In this document: piece by piece, positions 18,795 through 28,877 of the stretch
How the letters are laid out: every line of letters begins with the position of its first letter
Position numbering within the stretch: position 1 is the stretch's first letter
Sequence record: OQ717042.1
DNA length: 64,000 bases
Source of the DNA: Acinetobacter phage EAb13
Strand: one strand, 5' to 3'
Made by a program: the position numbers and the translations under genes
Notes under the pieces: model-generated
What the model was told of the DNA's origin: nothing
The model's input: only the letters and a program-made list of their open reading frames with translations
Databases searched by the model: none

Positions 18795-19664
18795 ATGTCT
18801 AATCAAGAACAAAACCCAGTAGTTGTAAACCCATATGTATTTGCAGAAGCTTATAAAGACGCTGGCCCTGAAAATACAATCATCTTGCATAAAGATTTTA
18901 AACTTGAAAGCCTTCAAGGTTATCAAGACCACGCTCGTCGTTTAAAAGCGCAGTTTGACACGATTGATGCTCAGTCATATTTTGACTATGTGTTATCTCG
19001 TAAAGCTGAAAGTTCTAAATTTAAATCACGTACTTTCATCAATGCGAACAATCCAGAGCAGCAATTGATTGCACTTACTGTTTTAAACTTCGGTACTTCT
19101 GAAAGTGCTACCAGCGCGGGTCATCGTGATGACATTGCGGTTCTTAATTTAAGCAAAGAACCAATGCTTGCAGACTTTTTAAGTGAAGTAGCAAAAACTT
19201 GGTTTAAGCCAAACAAGTTTGCAGAAGCTTTAGAAGCTTATAATGGTACTTTAGAAATGTACGGTCAAAGTGGTGAAGATATCGTCACTACTGGCACCAT
19301 CATTAACACGTTCCGTAACTTGAAAATTGAAGCTACTCAAACGTCTGAAACAAAATCGAATAGTGCATACGACAGCGAACAATCAGACATTGAAAAGTTT
19401 GAAGCTCAAGCAACAGGTGGTGTTGTATTACCAGAATACTTCTACATCAAAAACCCGATCTACACTGGCCTTGAAGACCAAACAGTTACTTTTAAAGTAA
19501 TTATGCGTCAAGGTAAAAACGAAGAAACTGGCAAGCCTTATGCTGAGTTCCAGTTGAAACCAATCGCTTTGAAATATGCATATCTTAAAGCGGCTGTATC
19601 GTTCCAGAACTTGGTTCGTGAACAGTTAGAAGGCGAAGATACTTATTTGGGTACTATCCGTTAA
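18795..19664 (+). CDS. hypothetical protein (289 aa), monocistronic unit between two terminators
   Basis: Long ORF. Terminators lie 40 nt upstream and 25 nt downstream. Confidence 0.65.
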   Translation: MSNQEQNPVVVNPYVFAEAYKDAGPENTIILHKDFKLESLQGYQDHARRLKAQFDTIDAQSYFDYVLSRKAESSKFKSRTFINANNPEQQLIALTVLNFGTSESATSAGHRDDIAVLNLSKEPMLADFLSEVAKTWFKPNKFAEALEAYNGTLEMYGQSGEDIVTTGTIINTFRNLKIEATQTSETKSNSAYDSEQSDIEKFEAQATGGVVLPEYFYIKNPIYTGLEDQTVTFKVIMRQGKNEETGKPYAEFQLKPIALKYAYLKAAVSFQNLVREQLEGEDTYLGTIR

Positions 19665-19686
19665 GTTCTAAGTCATCATCAATAAA

Positions 19687-19716
19687 AACAGCAAACTTCG
19701 GTTTGCTGTTTTTGTT
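19687..19716 (+). terminator. rho-independent terminator (AACAGCAAAC-ttcg-GTTTGCTGTT + TTTTGTT)
   Basis: 10-bp stem, tetraloop, T-run. Confidence 0.7.
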
Positions 19717-19742
19717 ATCCCTTAATTAATTAGAGACATACC

Positions 19743-20156
19743 ATGGTAAATGAAAAAGAAACCGTAGCTTATGTTTGGTACAGATCGTTAAATAACGTTG
19801 TGATGGAAATACACAATGCTGTTTACAAGGGTAACCGACAGAGCTGCAAGTACAAAATTGGCAGACAGTTAATTGCCACAGTAGAAAATGACAAGGTTAG
19901 CAAGATTGCTGACTTTAGCAAGGGCCGTGTCATTGTCCCAGACCATGAAAAGAAAACTGTCAGTTACATGGTTATGGCTAAGGAAACAACCTTGGCTGAG
20001 GACGTAAGAAACCGAATTGAAGCTGCAATAAAGGCAACAGTACCGTCACACATATTCACTGCATATGCAGCCACAGGTATAGACAACTGGATACCTGTAA
20101 GAATTGAAAACATCTACAAGTATGGCCTTCGCACAGCCAACCCTGAATTACACTAA
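19743..20156 (+). CDS. hypothetical protein (137 aa)
   Basis: AGAGACATACCATG context. Confidence 0.5.
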   Translation: MVNEKETVAYVWYRSLNNVVMEIHNAVYKGNRQSCKYKIGRQLIATVENDKVSKIADFSKGRVIVPDHEKKTVSYMVMAKETTLAEDVRNRIEAAIKATVPSHIFTAYAATGIDNWIPVRIENIYKYGLRTANPELH

Positions 20157-20168
20157 GAGGATTCCACC

Positions 20169-20624
20169 ATGGAAATCAAAAACAAAACCGTTGAAGAAGT
20201 AGCTGCAGAAATCCAGAAGTTGATTGATATTATCAACCCTGACCAACCTTATGGTCCTGATGCAATTAAGGCAGACGTGGATGAGAAGGAACTACAAGCA
20301 TTGATAAAGCTGCTTCACATTCGCGGCCAGATCATTGATAAGTTCAAAGCGGTATTCAATGTGGTCGATACTATTGAAGCCAATGTGAAAGCTAAGAAGT
20401 TCCCAATTGGCACATACGGTATGACCAACCCATTGAAGGTTACACCGTTTGCAACCAGTGTTGTGGACAATGTAAAACTTATGGACATTATCAAGTCCAA
20501 GTTTGAAGTTATCGACCCTTATGTGATTCCAAATACTAAACACAAAGACGTTGAGGAAATCATTAAGAATAACCCAGCTTTGGTTACTAAAGAGAAAGGT
20601 AGTAACCGTCACAGCTTCAAATAA
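20169..20624 (+). CDS. hypothetical protein (151 aa)
   Basis: AGAGGATTCCACCATG RBS. Confidence 0.55.
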   Translation: MEIKNKTVEEVAAEIQKLIDIINPDQPYGPDAIKADVDEKELQALIKLLHIRGQIIDKFKAVFNVVDTIEANVKAKKFPIGTYGMTNPLKVTPFATSVVDNVKLMDIIKSKFEVIDPYVIPNTKHKDVEEIIKNNPALVTKEKGSNRHSFK

Positions 20625-20635
20625 GGTCACACGTC

Positions 20636-20857
20636 ATGCCAAAGGAATTAACTATGGATGACGTTAGCAAAATTGACGACGGGCATGTTTATATCGTCGT
20701 CAATGATGCACCGATTCCAGTAGTCGAGTTAGTAACTCACGACTATAACAAAGCCCGTGGTGTATGTGTCCGTGAGGAAAACAATGTTATGCTTGTCCTC
20801 ACGCCAGAAACCAGAGCTGCAATCCGCAGCGGTGAATACTTGGAGATACAGATTTGA
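20636..20857 (+). CDS. hypothetical protein (73 aa)
   Basis: ORF in operon. Confidence 0.45.
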   Translation: MPKELTMDDVSKIDDGHVYIVVNDAPIPVVELVTHDYNKARGVCVREENNVMLVLTPETRAAIRSGEYLEIQI

Positions 20858-21144
20858 GCACTTACACCTTTACATTATCTTTCGACCCTTTGTGGGTAAA
20901 ATTAATTTGCGCTTACATCATCTGGTTGGTTCTGCCAGTTGCAGTTCAATGGGATAAGCAAATCAGTTTTGGTTATCGCTACAAAGAACCATTCTGGCAA
21001 ATATTAACCCTTATACTTGGTTTAGCATTAGTCTTAACCTTGTTATTTTTAAGACTCATAGCCATTGCGCTTATAAAAATAGCAACATGGATTGATGTTG
21101 TAAGTGACCGCTATGGAAAATATGTTTTCCCAGACAAAAAATAG
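20854..21144 (+). CDS. small membrane protein (96 aa, 2-3 TM helices)
   Basis: ATGA overlap. Hydrophobic segments LICAYIIWLVLPVAV and ILTLILGLALVLTLLFLRLIAIALI. Confidence 0.5.
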   Translation: MSTYTFTLSFDPLWVKLICAYIIWLVLPVAVQWDKQISFGYRYKEPFWQILTLILGLALVLTLLFLRLIAIALIKIATWIDVVSDRYGKYVFPDKK

Positions 21145-21152
21145 GTGGGCAA

Positions 21153-21623
21153 GTGAGTATCGAAAAACTTGAAACACTGTTTGCAATTGAATTTGGGCAG
21201 CTGCTAGAAAACTATCTGTATTCCAACGCACGACGTGAGGAATTAACGGACGTAATCTGCAGCTGTCTGCAGTTGCGAAATAAACAGCAATTGGCCCAGA
21301 TATACGCTGGGTATGACATACCTTCTACAGCCAACATATTTGAATTGATCAGAACACTGAATGACGACGAGTTCACCATGCGCTTCTTTAAGCTGCAGAC
21401 TACGTTGCCAGATGTGGCTGTGTCAAAACCTGTGGAAGTGGCTGAACAAACCCCTGTCGTTGAAGTAAGTACGGAACGTAAACCATACTGGATGATCGAC
21501 GACGAAGAAAAGCCTGCAGACTATCCAAAGCAAGATGAGAATGACATGCGTAAGAAAGACGAAATGTTTGACGAGTTTGGTGACATGGATATGTTTGGAG
21601 ACATTGATTTCAATAATATGTAA
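21153..21623 (+). CDS. hypothetical protein with strongly acidic C-terminal tail (DEFGDMDMFGDIDF), 156 aa, GTG start
   Basis: GTG with TAGGTGGG RBS. Lies immediately upstream of the helicase gene. Confidence 0.5.
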   Translation: MSIEKLETLFAIEFGQLLENYLYSNARREELTDVICSCLQLRNKQQLAQIYAGYDIPSTANIFELIRTLNDDEFTMRFFKLQTTLPDVAVSKPVEVAEQTPVVEVSTERKPYWMIDDEEKPADYPKQDENDMRKKDEMFDEFGDMDMFGDIDFNNM

Positions 21624-21637
21624 TTAGGAATATAACC

Positions 21638-23212
21638 ATGCAACTGTATGAGAAACAAATTAAAACTTTCCAGAAAGCCTACATGAACAAACGTTTTCTG
21701 GACCGCAGCCATGCAGGTTCAGGAAAAACGGCACCGATCTGTTGCCTGACTGGTTTTTTGATTGGCTCAAAACCAGTTGACATTCATCCTAGTAAAACTA
21801 TTAACCAGATTCCTTTAAGCCTGACTCAAGGCACCCACTCAATTACTCAGGTAACTGGTGGAAAGTACAATTGCCGTGCCATTTGGATTCAGCCAAGTTC
21901 TTTGATGGAAAAGAACCGTGAAGAACTCTTGGCATGGAACCCAACATGGCAACCACACCACGTTAAGGTAATCACTGGGACTGCAGCTAAGAAAAAGAAA
22001 CTGGCACTTGATGAAGATACATTGGTGTGGGTTATGACTGCAGAAGCTTTCAAGTCTTATTACCTAGACATGAAAGCAAAGTTCCCAGATATATTCCAAA
22101 TTGTATGTGATGAACCTCACTTATACTACCGTGGCTTTAGCAGTGCCCGTACCCAGTTCTTTGTCAATAACTTGGAACCACATGCACGTCTGCACTTCAT
22201 GACAGCAACACCAACACCACGTGGCAAGTTAAGCTCAGCGTATATTTACTGTCATATGATTCAGCGTGATTACTATGGCTGTTATGATTGGTTCATTAAC
22301 ACCCATGCCGATCTTGATGAATATGGTAATCCTCAGAACTGGAAAAACCATGGCAAGCTGTGGGCATTCTTGGACAACTACTCAATCTGCTGGACCAGCA
22401 AAGATATGTATGGCGACATTGACGAAATTATTATCCGTGATGTAGTCAAACTAAATCCACCGATTGAGAGTGTTTATCGTGACTTTGAATTGGGTGGTAT
22501 TGCTGACCTGCAGGGTTCGGTTCTATCAGCTACAAGTGGCGGTGTTGAAAGCCTACGTTGTCGCCAAATTCTATGCCACCCACATGCTATTCGTATTCCA
22601 TGTGCTTGGGGTGATGATGGTAAGCCAACAGAGTATTCAACTGGTAAAGTGTTTGATGAAATTACACCAAAATTAGAACGAATTGTAGAGTATGCAGAAG
22701 CTGGTGAACCATTGATTATCTTTGGCTCATTCACTGCAGAAATTGAAATGATTGCTGACACGTTACGTCGTAGAAAAGTACGTGTCGGTGTGATTCACGG
22801 TGGGGTTATGCAACTCCAACGTGTAAAAATAGACCAAGACTTCCAAGCGGGTAAATTGGATGTTGTGGTCTGTTCGGCAGCAACAGCTGGCGTTGGCTTC
22901 AACTGGGGCCATGTCAACACAGTAATTTTCCATTCTCTTAACTATGGTGATGATGAGTTCTTGCAAGCAATTGCCCGTGCTAAACGTGGTGTGCGTACAG
23001 AACTACTTAAAATCATTTTATTAGAATATGAAAACACTATTGATCAACCAGTCATGTGGGCAGTTCATCACAACTCACGTAACAGCCATTTGACTAATCC
23101 TGACAACCCAATTATTTACTTCCCACGTGTGGTACAGGACGATCATAATTCGACCTTAACACCTCAAATGGGAATCGAATATAAGGAGAACGGAGAAAAA
23201 ATGATCGTATAG
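21638..23212 (+). CDS. superfamily-2 DNA/RNA helicase (DEAD/DEAH/SNF2-like)
   Basis: Walker A HAGSGKT, motif II VCDEPH, and a helicase C-terminal domain (VVCSAATAGVGFNW ... QAIARAKR). Confidence 0.8.
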   Translation: MQLYEKQIKTFQKAYMNKRFLDRSHAGSGKTAPICCLTGFLIGSKPVDIHPSKTINQIPLSLTQGTHSITQVTGGKYNCRAIWIQPSSLMEKNREELLAWNPTWQPHHVKVITGTAAKKKKLALDEDTLVWVMTAEAFKSYYLDMKAKFPDIFQIVCDEPHLYYRGFSSARTQFFVNNLEPHARLHFMTATPTPRGKLSSAYIYCHMIQRDYYGCYDWFINTHADLDEYGNPQNWKNHGKLWAFLDNYSICWTSKDMYGDIDEIIIRDVVKLNPPIESVYRDFELGGIADLQGSVLSATSGGVESLRCRQILCHPHAIRIPCAWGDDGKPTEYSTGKVFDEITPKLERIVEYAEAGEPLIIFGSFTAEIEMIADTLRRRKVRVGVIHGGVMQLQRVKIDQDFQAGKLDVVVCSAATAGVGFNWGHVNTVIFHSLNYGDDEFLQAIARAKRGVRTELLKIILLEYENTIDQPVMWAVHHNSRNSHLTNPDNPIIYFPRVVQDDHNSTLTPQMGIEYKENGEKMIV

Positions 23213-23223
23213 TGAAAATTACT

Positions 23224-23294
23224 GTTGACTCTAACCAGATTTTGCAATTATATTAAGTCATCACCACAGTTTACACCTCGTTTTCTGTGGTGAT
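23224..23294 (+). promoter_or_regulatory. sigma70-like promoter (TTGACT -18 bp- TATATT) followed by a hairpin TCACCACAG ... CTGTGGTGA
   Basis: Hexamers at 23224-23229 and 23248-23253. A 9-bp inverted repeat at 23258-23292 precedes a T-rich run. Confidence 0.45.
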
Positions 23295-23346
23295 ATTTTT
23301 ATGTTTCAAAATCACTTTCAAAATCAAAGTCACAGGAAATTTTATC

Positions 23347-24129
23347 ATGACTCAACAAAACGCATTAACAGACGCATTAGCTCAAGCAGCAGAAGCAGCT
23401 CAATCTGATTCAACAGCAACTGCTCAACCTATCTCTCAGGTAGAACAAGGCACAGTTGTTGGAACAAATACACCTGCAGTAGCTAACCATCAAGTTGCTA
23501 CAGCACCTGCTGGCGGTCCGTCGCTATCTATGGATAGTAGCGTTGTCCAATCTCAAAGCAGCATCACAGAATTTTTAAAATTAAGTGATGGTGGCTGTAT
23601 GGTTGGTGAAGTAAAGTTTGACCCGATCAAAGTTCGCATCCGTCTTGAAGATGCTCAAAACGGTGGTGGTTTTAAACCAGCATACATGATGAACTATGAA
23701 GGGCCACAAGGCATGGTTTACACTAAGTCATATGACGGTGTAACTACTACGAGTAATAACCCAGCACATGGTGGCTTATCATGGGCAGACAATAAAGCTC
23801 GTATCTTACAGATTGCACCAAAAGCATATGATTTCTTAGGTTATGATATTGCTTTCGTTGTGGCTGAAACAGTGGTTGGTAAAGACAAGAAAACTGAACT
23901 TAAAGCAGGTACAGTCCTTGGCTTCACTACTCCATACACTGCAGCTAAAATGCTGAAAAAAGTATGGGACTCAGGTATTGGTGCAAACCAACGTGGTAAT
24001 GATGCAATTCTTATGATTTCTGGTGAAGAAATTTCTAAGAATGGCCGTCAGTACAAGCAATTGGTAGTTGAGCATGTAGGTTACGCAGCTCCAACTGACC
24101 TTGCAGAACCTGAACATGAAGGTGAGTAA
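23347..24129 (+). CDS. hypothetical protein with low-complexity Q/A/T-rich N-terminus (260 aa)
   Basis: ATG with AGGAAA RBS. Preferred over the ORF-track ATG at 23287, which lies inside the hairpin. A role in DNA metabolism is guessed from position between helicase and exonuclease. Confidence 0.55.
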   Translation: MTQQNALTDALAQAAEAAQSDSTATAQPISQVEQGTVVGTNTPAVANHQVATAPAGGPSLSMDSSVVQSQSSITEFLKLSDGGCMVGEVKFDPIKVRIRLEDAQNGGGFKPAYMMNYEGPQGMVYTKSYDGVTTTSNNPAHGGLSWADNKARILQIAPKAYDFLGYDIAFVVAETVVGKDKKTELKAGTVLGFTTPYTAAKMLKKVWDSGIGANQRGNDAILMISGEEISKNGRQYKQLVVEHVGYAAPTDLAEPEHEGE

Positions 24130-24144
24130 TCACTTTTAATTCAA

Positions 24145-24360
24145 ATGCCCCTTAATTGGGGCATTTGTCTATTTGGAGATAACATGTTAGTCCTTCCAGA
24201 TTTAAAACCAGAAACCTTACTGGCTTTAGCTATTTTTGTTCTCATGTTTTGTATAGCTTGTTGGCACGAAGATTATACGGAGAAAAAGAATATAGAAAAA
24301 GCAGAAAAGTTAAGGAAAAAATTGAACAAAAACAAAGGGGTAGATGAATGCAACGAATAA
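24145..24360 (+). CDS. small membrane protein (71 aa)
   Basis: One TM segment, LLALAIFVLMFCIACW. Confidence 0.45.
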   Translation: MPLNWGICLFGDNMLVLPDLKPETLLALAIFVLMFCIACWHEDYTEKKNIEKAEKLRKKLNKNKGVDECNE

Positions 24361-25166
24361 ATATCATTGATGGAAACAACCAGTTCTTCATCAATATGAG
24401 CCGTGCGTTGAATGCTCAAGACTTAGCTCGTCGCTGTTTTGAACTACACCGTGGCTATGACATTGTATACTGGACCTTTGACGGACTAGACTCACGAAAA
24501 CCTCGTCGTGACTTATATGCTGGATATAAAGACACAGTATCCCGTCAAAAAGCCAAGACTGATACTAACCGATACGAGCTGCTAAAGAATTTTAAGCATC
24601 GTGATTTACCTGCAGAGGGCGGTGTCATTGTCCTAGAAATACCATTTTTTGAAGCCGATGACGTGATTCGTAAATTAGTCATGCATCACGCCAATGGTGA
24701 CAACCTCATCACCATATCTTCAAATGATGCCGATTTACTGAACCTGACACAGTACAAAGGTGTGACACAGCCACAAGCTAAGCTACCTGCAGTGTGCCCA
24801 CACCCGCACTTAATACCAATCTACAAAACACTGGTTGGTGATACTGGGGATAACATCAAGGGCCTAAAAGGTTTTGGTGAGAGTGCTTGGGCCAAACTGT
24901 CGGAAGGTGACCTACGTTTAATTACGTCCTGTCTGATAAATAAGATACCTATCAATGAAGATAGCGTAATGGATGATGAAAAGCTGAAAGCTAAGTTAAT
25001 AGAACATTGGGATTCTGTTGCGTTATGGTATAAGCTAGTTGACTATATTGACATTCCAGACGATGCTATCCAAGCTAACTTGAGAATACATCCACGGAAA
25101 ACTCCAAAAAACCCTGTGGCGTTTACTGATGTAAAACGACCAAGCATTTCAATGGATAAGCTATGA
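24348..25166 (+). CDS. 5'-3' exonuclease / flap endonuclease (RNase H-like, T4 rnh / T5 D15 family)
   Basis: PIN-like N-terminal domain and an H3TH motif LVGDTGDNIKGLKGFGESAW. Confidence 0.75.
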   Translation: MQRINIIDGNNQFFINMSRALNAQDLARRCFELHRGYDIVYWTFDGLDSRKPRRDLYAGYKDTVSRQKAKTDTNRYELLKNFKHRDLPAEGGVIVLEIPFFEADDVIRKLVMHHANGDNLITISSNDADLLNLTQYKGVTQPQAKLPAVCPHPHLIPIYKTLVGDTGDNIKGLKGFGESAWAKLSEGDLRLITSCLINKIPINEDSVMDDEKLKAKLIEHWDSVALWYKLVDYIDIPDDAIQANLRIHPRKTPKNPVAFTDVKRPSISMDKL

Positions 25167-25708
25167 GCACATACACGTTGAACCGTAATAATCCTGATGT
25201 GATGAATATTTCAGGTAAACCAGCCATTCAAGCCGCTAGTCCAGATGGTAAATCTATCTTGCTGGCACTGATTGCCTTCGCTAAAGAGGAATCAGACAAA
25301 GGTACTTACTTACGTTATGTACCAGATAGCAAAGCATGGACCGATGTTAATGGTCGAATTGTTCTATTTAACGTAGCTGAAACAGAAACCACTTCTGCAG
25401 AAGCAATCCAGTTGGTAAAAGAGTTCTCTAAAAAAACTGGATATGAACCTCCTGTCAAAACTCAGGTTTCAGAAGGTGGCACCCTCGCAACCGATAACGG
25501 TGAGCCTATCGCAATTAGCACCCGTGCTATTGAAGAAAGCTCAAGCGACCAAGACGACGTATCTGCAGTAAATGCAGAAGTCATCGGTGTTGACCATGAA
25601 AGCAAAAAAGTAGAACAAGAACCAGTAGTAGAAAAAGAAACGGTTGCCAAACGTGCTGCCAAGGCTACAAAACCAGCTACAGATTCAGCCACTGAATCAC
25701 AGCAATAA
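25163..25708 (+). CDS. hypothetical protein (181 aa)
   Basis: ATGA overlap; a terminator follows. Confidence 0.55.
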   Translation: MSTYTLNRNNPDVMNISGKPAIQAASPDGKSILLALIAFAKEESDKGTYLRYVPDSKAWTDVNGRIVLFNVAETETTSAEAIQLVKEFSKKTGYEPPVKTQVSEGGTLATDNGEPIAISTRAIEESSSDQDDVSAVNAEVIGVDHESKKVEQEPVVEKETVAKRAAKATKPATDSATESQQ

Positions 25709-25732
25709 ATAGAAACGGCCCTTATCAAGTGA

Positions 25733-25765
25733 TAAACTCTCGTCATCTGACGAGAGTTTTTTATT
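25733..25765 (+). terminator. rho-independent terminator (AAACTCTCGTCA-tc-TGACGAGAGTTT + TTTT)
   Basis: 12-bp stem followed by a T-run; abuts the next ATG. Confidence 0.7.
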
Positions 25766-27865
25766 ATGGCTAATGTTATTGACCTTTTTACCAGAAAGAT
25801 TAAAGACCTTCTGGTGGGTTCAGACCTTGGTGCTAACCCACACGTTTTTAAAGATGTAAAGATTCCAGTAGGTAACTTACCTTCCAACTATCGTGACATT
25901 GAAGCTCTTACATTAGAACAAATTTCAGAGCTGGCACTTGGTATGAACCCTAACGGTGGTAACTATTCAGAGGAACCACCGATTGTTTATGAAAATCTGG
26001 TGGAACGTTTCCCTGCAGACTGCTGGACCGTAGATGGTGTACGCAGTATGTCATTCTGTGTGGTCGGTGAAAAGGATGATGGCTTCGATGTTTACTGGAC
26101 TTCACGTCGTAAAAATGACTTTGCTGCAGTCATCTGGTTTAGTGAAGACTTAAACATGCACCCATACCTAGCGTATGAAACTAAGCGTGACTACCGTGGC
26201 TGTACCTTATCATTTTCCATTGACCTAGAAGGTCAAGTACCAAGTATCTCAGACGAGAAGCTAGGCTTGGTTATGACTGTCATGACTGTAAACAGTTATG
26301 GTCAGTTCATCCCTCAATATCTACGCCTTGCCAACTTCGCAGACCCAGCTACATTGACTGACACCCATGCTGACATTACGATCAACTGGGACACGGCCAA
26401 GGCTGGGTTCTATGCCGACACTAATTTCCCCAAAACAAACATCCAACGTATCTTTATTGGGTGCTTAACCAATGGCTTTGACATTGATAGCACTCAACCA
26501 TTGCCTGCAGCAGAAACTGCAGCTATGAAAATCACAAATATGCGCTGCACTGGTGAACAGAGTAAGTTTATCCGTCGGACAATGGCTGTGCCACAGCACA
26601 CGATTGGCATGTGTACCAGTTATGATGATAGCTATAACGTAAACCCTTACCGTATCATCAAGAACTGCTTCATGCTTGGCTATCGCGGCCACGTGAACCA
26701 TTACTGTGGTATGTCTCATTACTACAACCAGAAATGGGATGAGTCACAGCTTCGCTTTGTGGTAACCAAGGTTGAGGACCGACCACAATACAGTCTCATC
26801 AATAAAGAGACTACTTTGTGGCATAAGTACATGGCTAAAGCCTGCAAGAAAATGTACATGCTGCCAATTTTTTCTGTGTCTTATGAAATGTTTTCGGAAG
26901 CTGCAGAATTATCTTGGACTCAACGTGACTGGAACGATAACTATGGCCGTACAGGTTATGAGCCACCAAGTTATTTATTAAGCCCATGTATCCCAGAAGC
27001 CATGAACTGGTTACAGCAAGTATTTATTGAGTTTGCAGCTATTTCTGCGGGTGAAGGGTTAGTACCGCACCTGCAGGTAGGTGAACCATGGTGGTGGATT
27101 AATAGTGACGGTAAACCTTGTATTTATGATTACCCTACACGGGTTAAATTTAATGCTGAGACAGGGTTATTTGCGCCAGAAATCCCTAACCGTATGGACA
27201 CACACTTACTTGAACAATCACCTTACAAAGAATTTGCTGCATTCTTGCGTAAGGAATTGGGTAATTCTGTTGTGGCCGTGCGTACAGCAGTGAAACAGGT
27301 TTATCCAGAAGCATTGGTTACAACACTATTTTTCTTACCTTCCATCTTGGATGAAGAAACCAGTGGTATTGCTTCAACGATTAACTATCCAGTAGAGCAG
27401 TACAAGTACCCTAACCTTGACTTTATCCAGACTGAAACCTATGACTGGTTGATTATTGGTAAATTTAACAAGGCTTTACGTGGTTTTACTTCTGCCATTG
27501 ATGAGTTAGGATACCCACCAGACTTGGTACACTACCTGCTTGGCTTTGTCCCAGATGATTTCTTGGGCAAGCTAATTATCCCTAACTATGATCTTAAAAA
27601 GGACGGGGTAAAGGTCTGGCAGTCTATCATGGGTAATGCTTACCTTGGTAAAGAATACAATGTGGCTAAGCAGTATATCTGGGCATACAACCAAGTTATG
27701 CGTGATGGTCTGGTTATCCAGCCAGAGCTGTTCTTGCGTAAGTTCTGGATATTGAATAGCCTGTATTTGAGTCAGGTCCGTGAAGGTGAAGTGTTGGGCA
27801 CACCAATTGATAACCTCCCTTGGAACCCTGTGCGTCCACCACAGCCAGAAACTCCAAATGTATAA
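25766..27865 (+). CDS. large fibre/tailspike-like protein (699 aa) with conserved N-terminal module shared with 28878 and 29986 proteins
   Basis: N-terminal KDVKIPVGNLP...IEALTLEQISELA module, then NPNGGN linker. The C-terminal domain is rich in W/Y/C (GEPWWWINSDG). Confidence 0.7.
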   Translation: MANVIDLFTRKIKDLLVGSDLGANPHVFKDVKIPVGNLPSNYRDIEALTLEQISELALGMNPNGGNYSEEPPIVYENLVERFPADCWTVDGVRSMSFCVVGEKDDGFDVYWTSRRKNDFAAVIWFSEDLNMHPYLAYETKRDYRGCTLSFSIDLEGQVPSISDEKLGLVMTVMTVNSYGQFIPQYLRLANFADPATLTDTHADITINWDTAKAGFYADTNFPKTNIQRIFIGCLTNGFDIDSTQPLPAAETAAMKITNMRCTGEQSKFIRRTMAVPQHTIGMCTSYDDSYNVNPYRIIKNCFMLGYRGHVNHYCGMSHYYNQKWDESQLRFVVTKVEDRPQYSLINKETTLWHKYMAKACKKMYMLPIFSVSYEMFSEAAELSWTQRDWNDNYGRTGYEPPSYLLSPCIPEAMNWLQQVFIEFAAISAGEGLVPHLQVGEPWWWINSDGKPCIYDYPTRVKFNAETGLFAPEIPNRMDTHLLEQSPYKEFAAFLRKELGNSVVAVRTAVKQVYPEALVTTLFFLPSILDEETSGIASTINYPVEQYKYPNLDFIQTETYDWLIIGKFNKALRGFTSAIDELGYPPDLVHYLLGFVPDDFLGKLIIPNYDLKKDGVKVWQSIMGNAYLGKEYNVAKQYIWAYNQVMRDGLVIQPELFLRKFWILNSLYLSQVREGEVLGTPIDNLPWNPVRPPQPETPNV

Positions 27866-27874
27866 GAGAATGCC

Positions 27875-28876
27875 ATGCCTGAATATACCTTAACACCTAT
27901 CCCAGATATGGCTTTATATGTGGATGGAATCCCAGCGATTGCCCCAGCCAGTAACATTGGGGCTGCAGTCTTAAATGACTTTTACCATTATTTATTGAAC
28001 CCCAGCACTGGTAATAGTGTTGGGGTAACCTTACGTTATGTTCATCCGAGTTCATCTTGGATTCTACCAAATGGTGAACCAGCGCTTTTTAATTTAGGCA
28101 TGGCAGATGATGTGTTCTTTGAGATCATGACTCAGATTAAAGCGTATGCTAAAGCCAATTACTTGGTCACACCTTTAGGTTCTTTATGGGGTTATCTTGC
28201 CACAGATGCAGGTAATTATATTGAAGTGACTGAGGATGAGCTGATTGAGCTTAAACCTCAACTGGCTGTAGGCGCTGGCCGTGAAGTTTATTATCAGTCA
28301 AATCTGGATGAAGATTTTTCTGTGAGTAGTATCTATTCTGAGAAGGGTAAATTTTTATTGCCTGACAGAAAAGATGTATTTCAGGATTATGCTTTTGGTT
28401 CTTTAGAGTTGAATGTTGCGCCAACCACATTAGAATTTAAAATGTGGAAATTGTTGTATGCTATTGATACGGAAGAATTTTTTGTTAAAAGAACAGATCG
28501 TTTTGATCTTGCAAACATTCTTTTTGAAAACAATGTCACTAGAGTATCCTTGGCATTGGACCCACAGAACCGTCCACAAGTAGCCTACACTGCAAATGAT
28601 AAAGTTTACCTGTACTGGTACAGTGAAAATGAATCTCGATACCTGAATATGGAAATTCCAAATGCTAAAAATGCTTACTTGGCTCAAATCAATCCAGCCA
28701 ACTATGCAGATGTAATTTTGGCATATCAGAAAGGTCCAACCTTAGCTTTTCTAAAATATACAGAAAGCTATGAATTTGAAAGGGTTGTGATGAATACTTT
28801 GGATGAAAATTTAGAGCTGTACCAAGCTGGTCTAACCAATACTGGTAAGTTTCAGTGGAAATTTTTAGGAAAATAG
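27875..28876 (+). CDS. hypothetical protein (333 aa), in fibre operon
   Basis: ORF with ATG 9 nt after the upstream stop. Confidence 0.6.
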   Translation: MPEYTLTPIPDMALYVDGIPAIAPASNIGAAVLNDFYHYLLNPSTGNSVGVTLRYVHPSSSWILPNGEPALFNLGMADDVFFEIMTQIKAYAKANYLVTPLGSLWGYLATDAGNYIEVTEDELIELKPQLAVGAGREVYYQSNLDEDFSVSSIYSEKGKFLLPDRKDVFQDYAFGSLELNVAPTTLEFKMWKLLYAIDTEEFFVKRTDRFDLANILFENNVTRVSLALDPQNRPQVAYTANDKVYLYWYSENESRYLNMEIPNAKNAYLAQINPANYADVILAYQKGPTLAFLKYTESYEFERVVMNTLDENLELYQAGLTNTGKFQWKFLGK

Positions 28877-28877
28877 C

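Noticed and set aside
22464-22966. Small ORFs on both strands inside the helicase gene
   Set aside because: They are internal to a conserved helicase domain.
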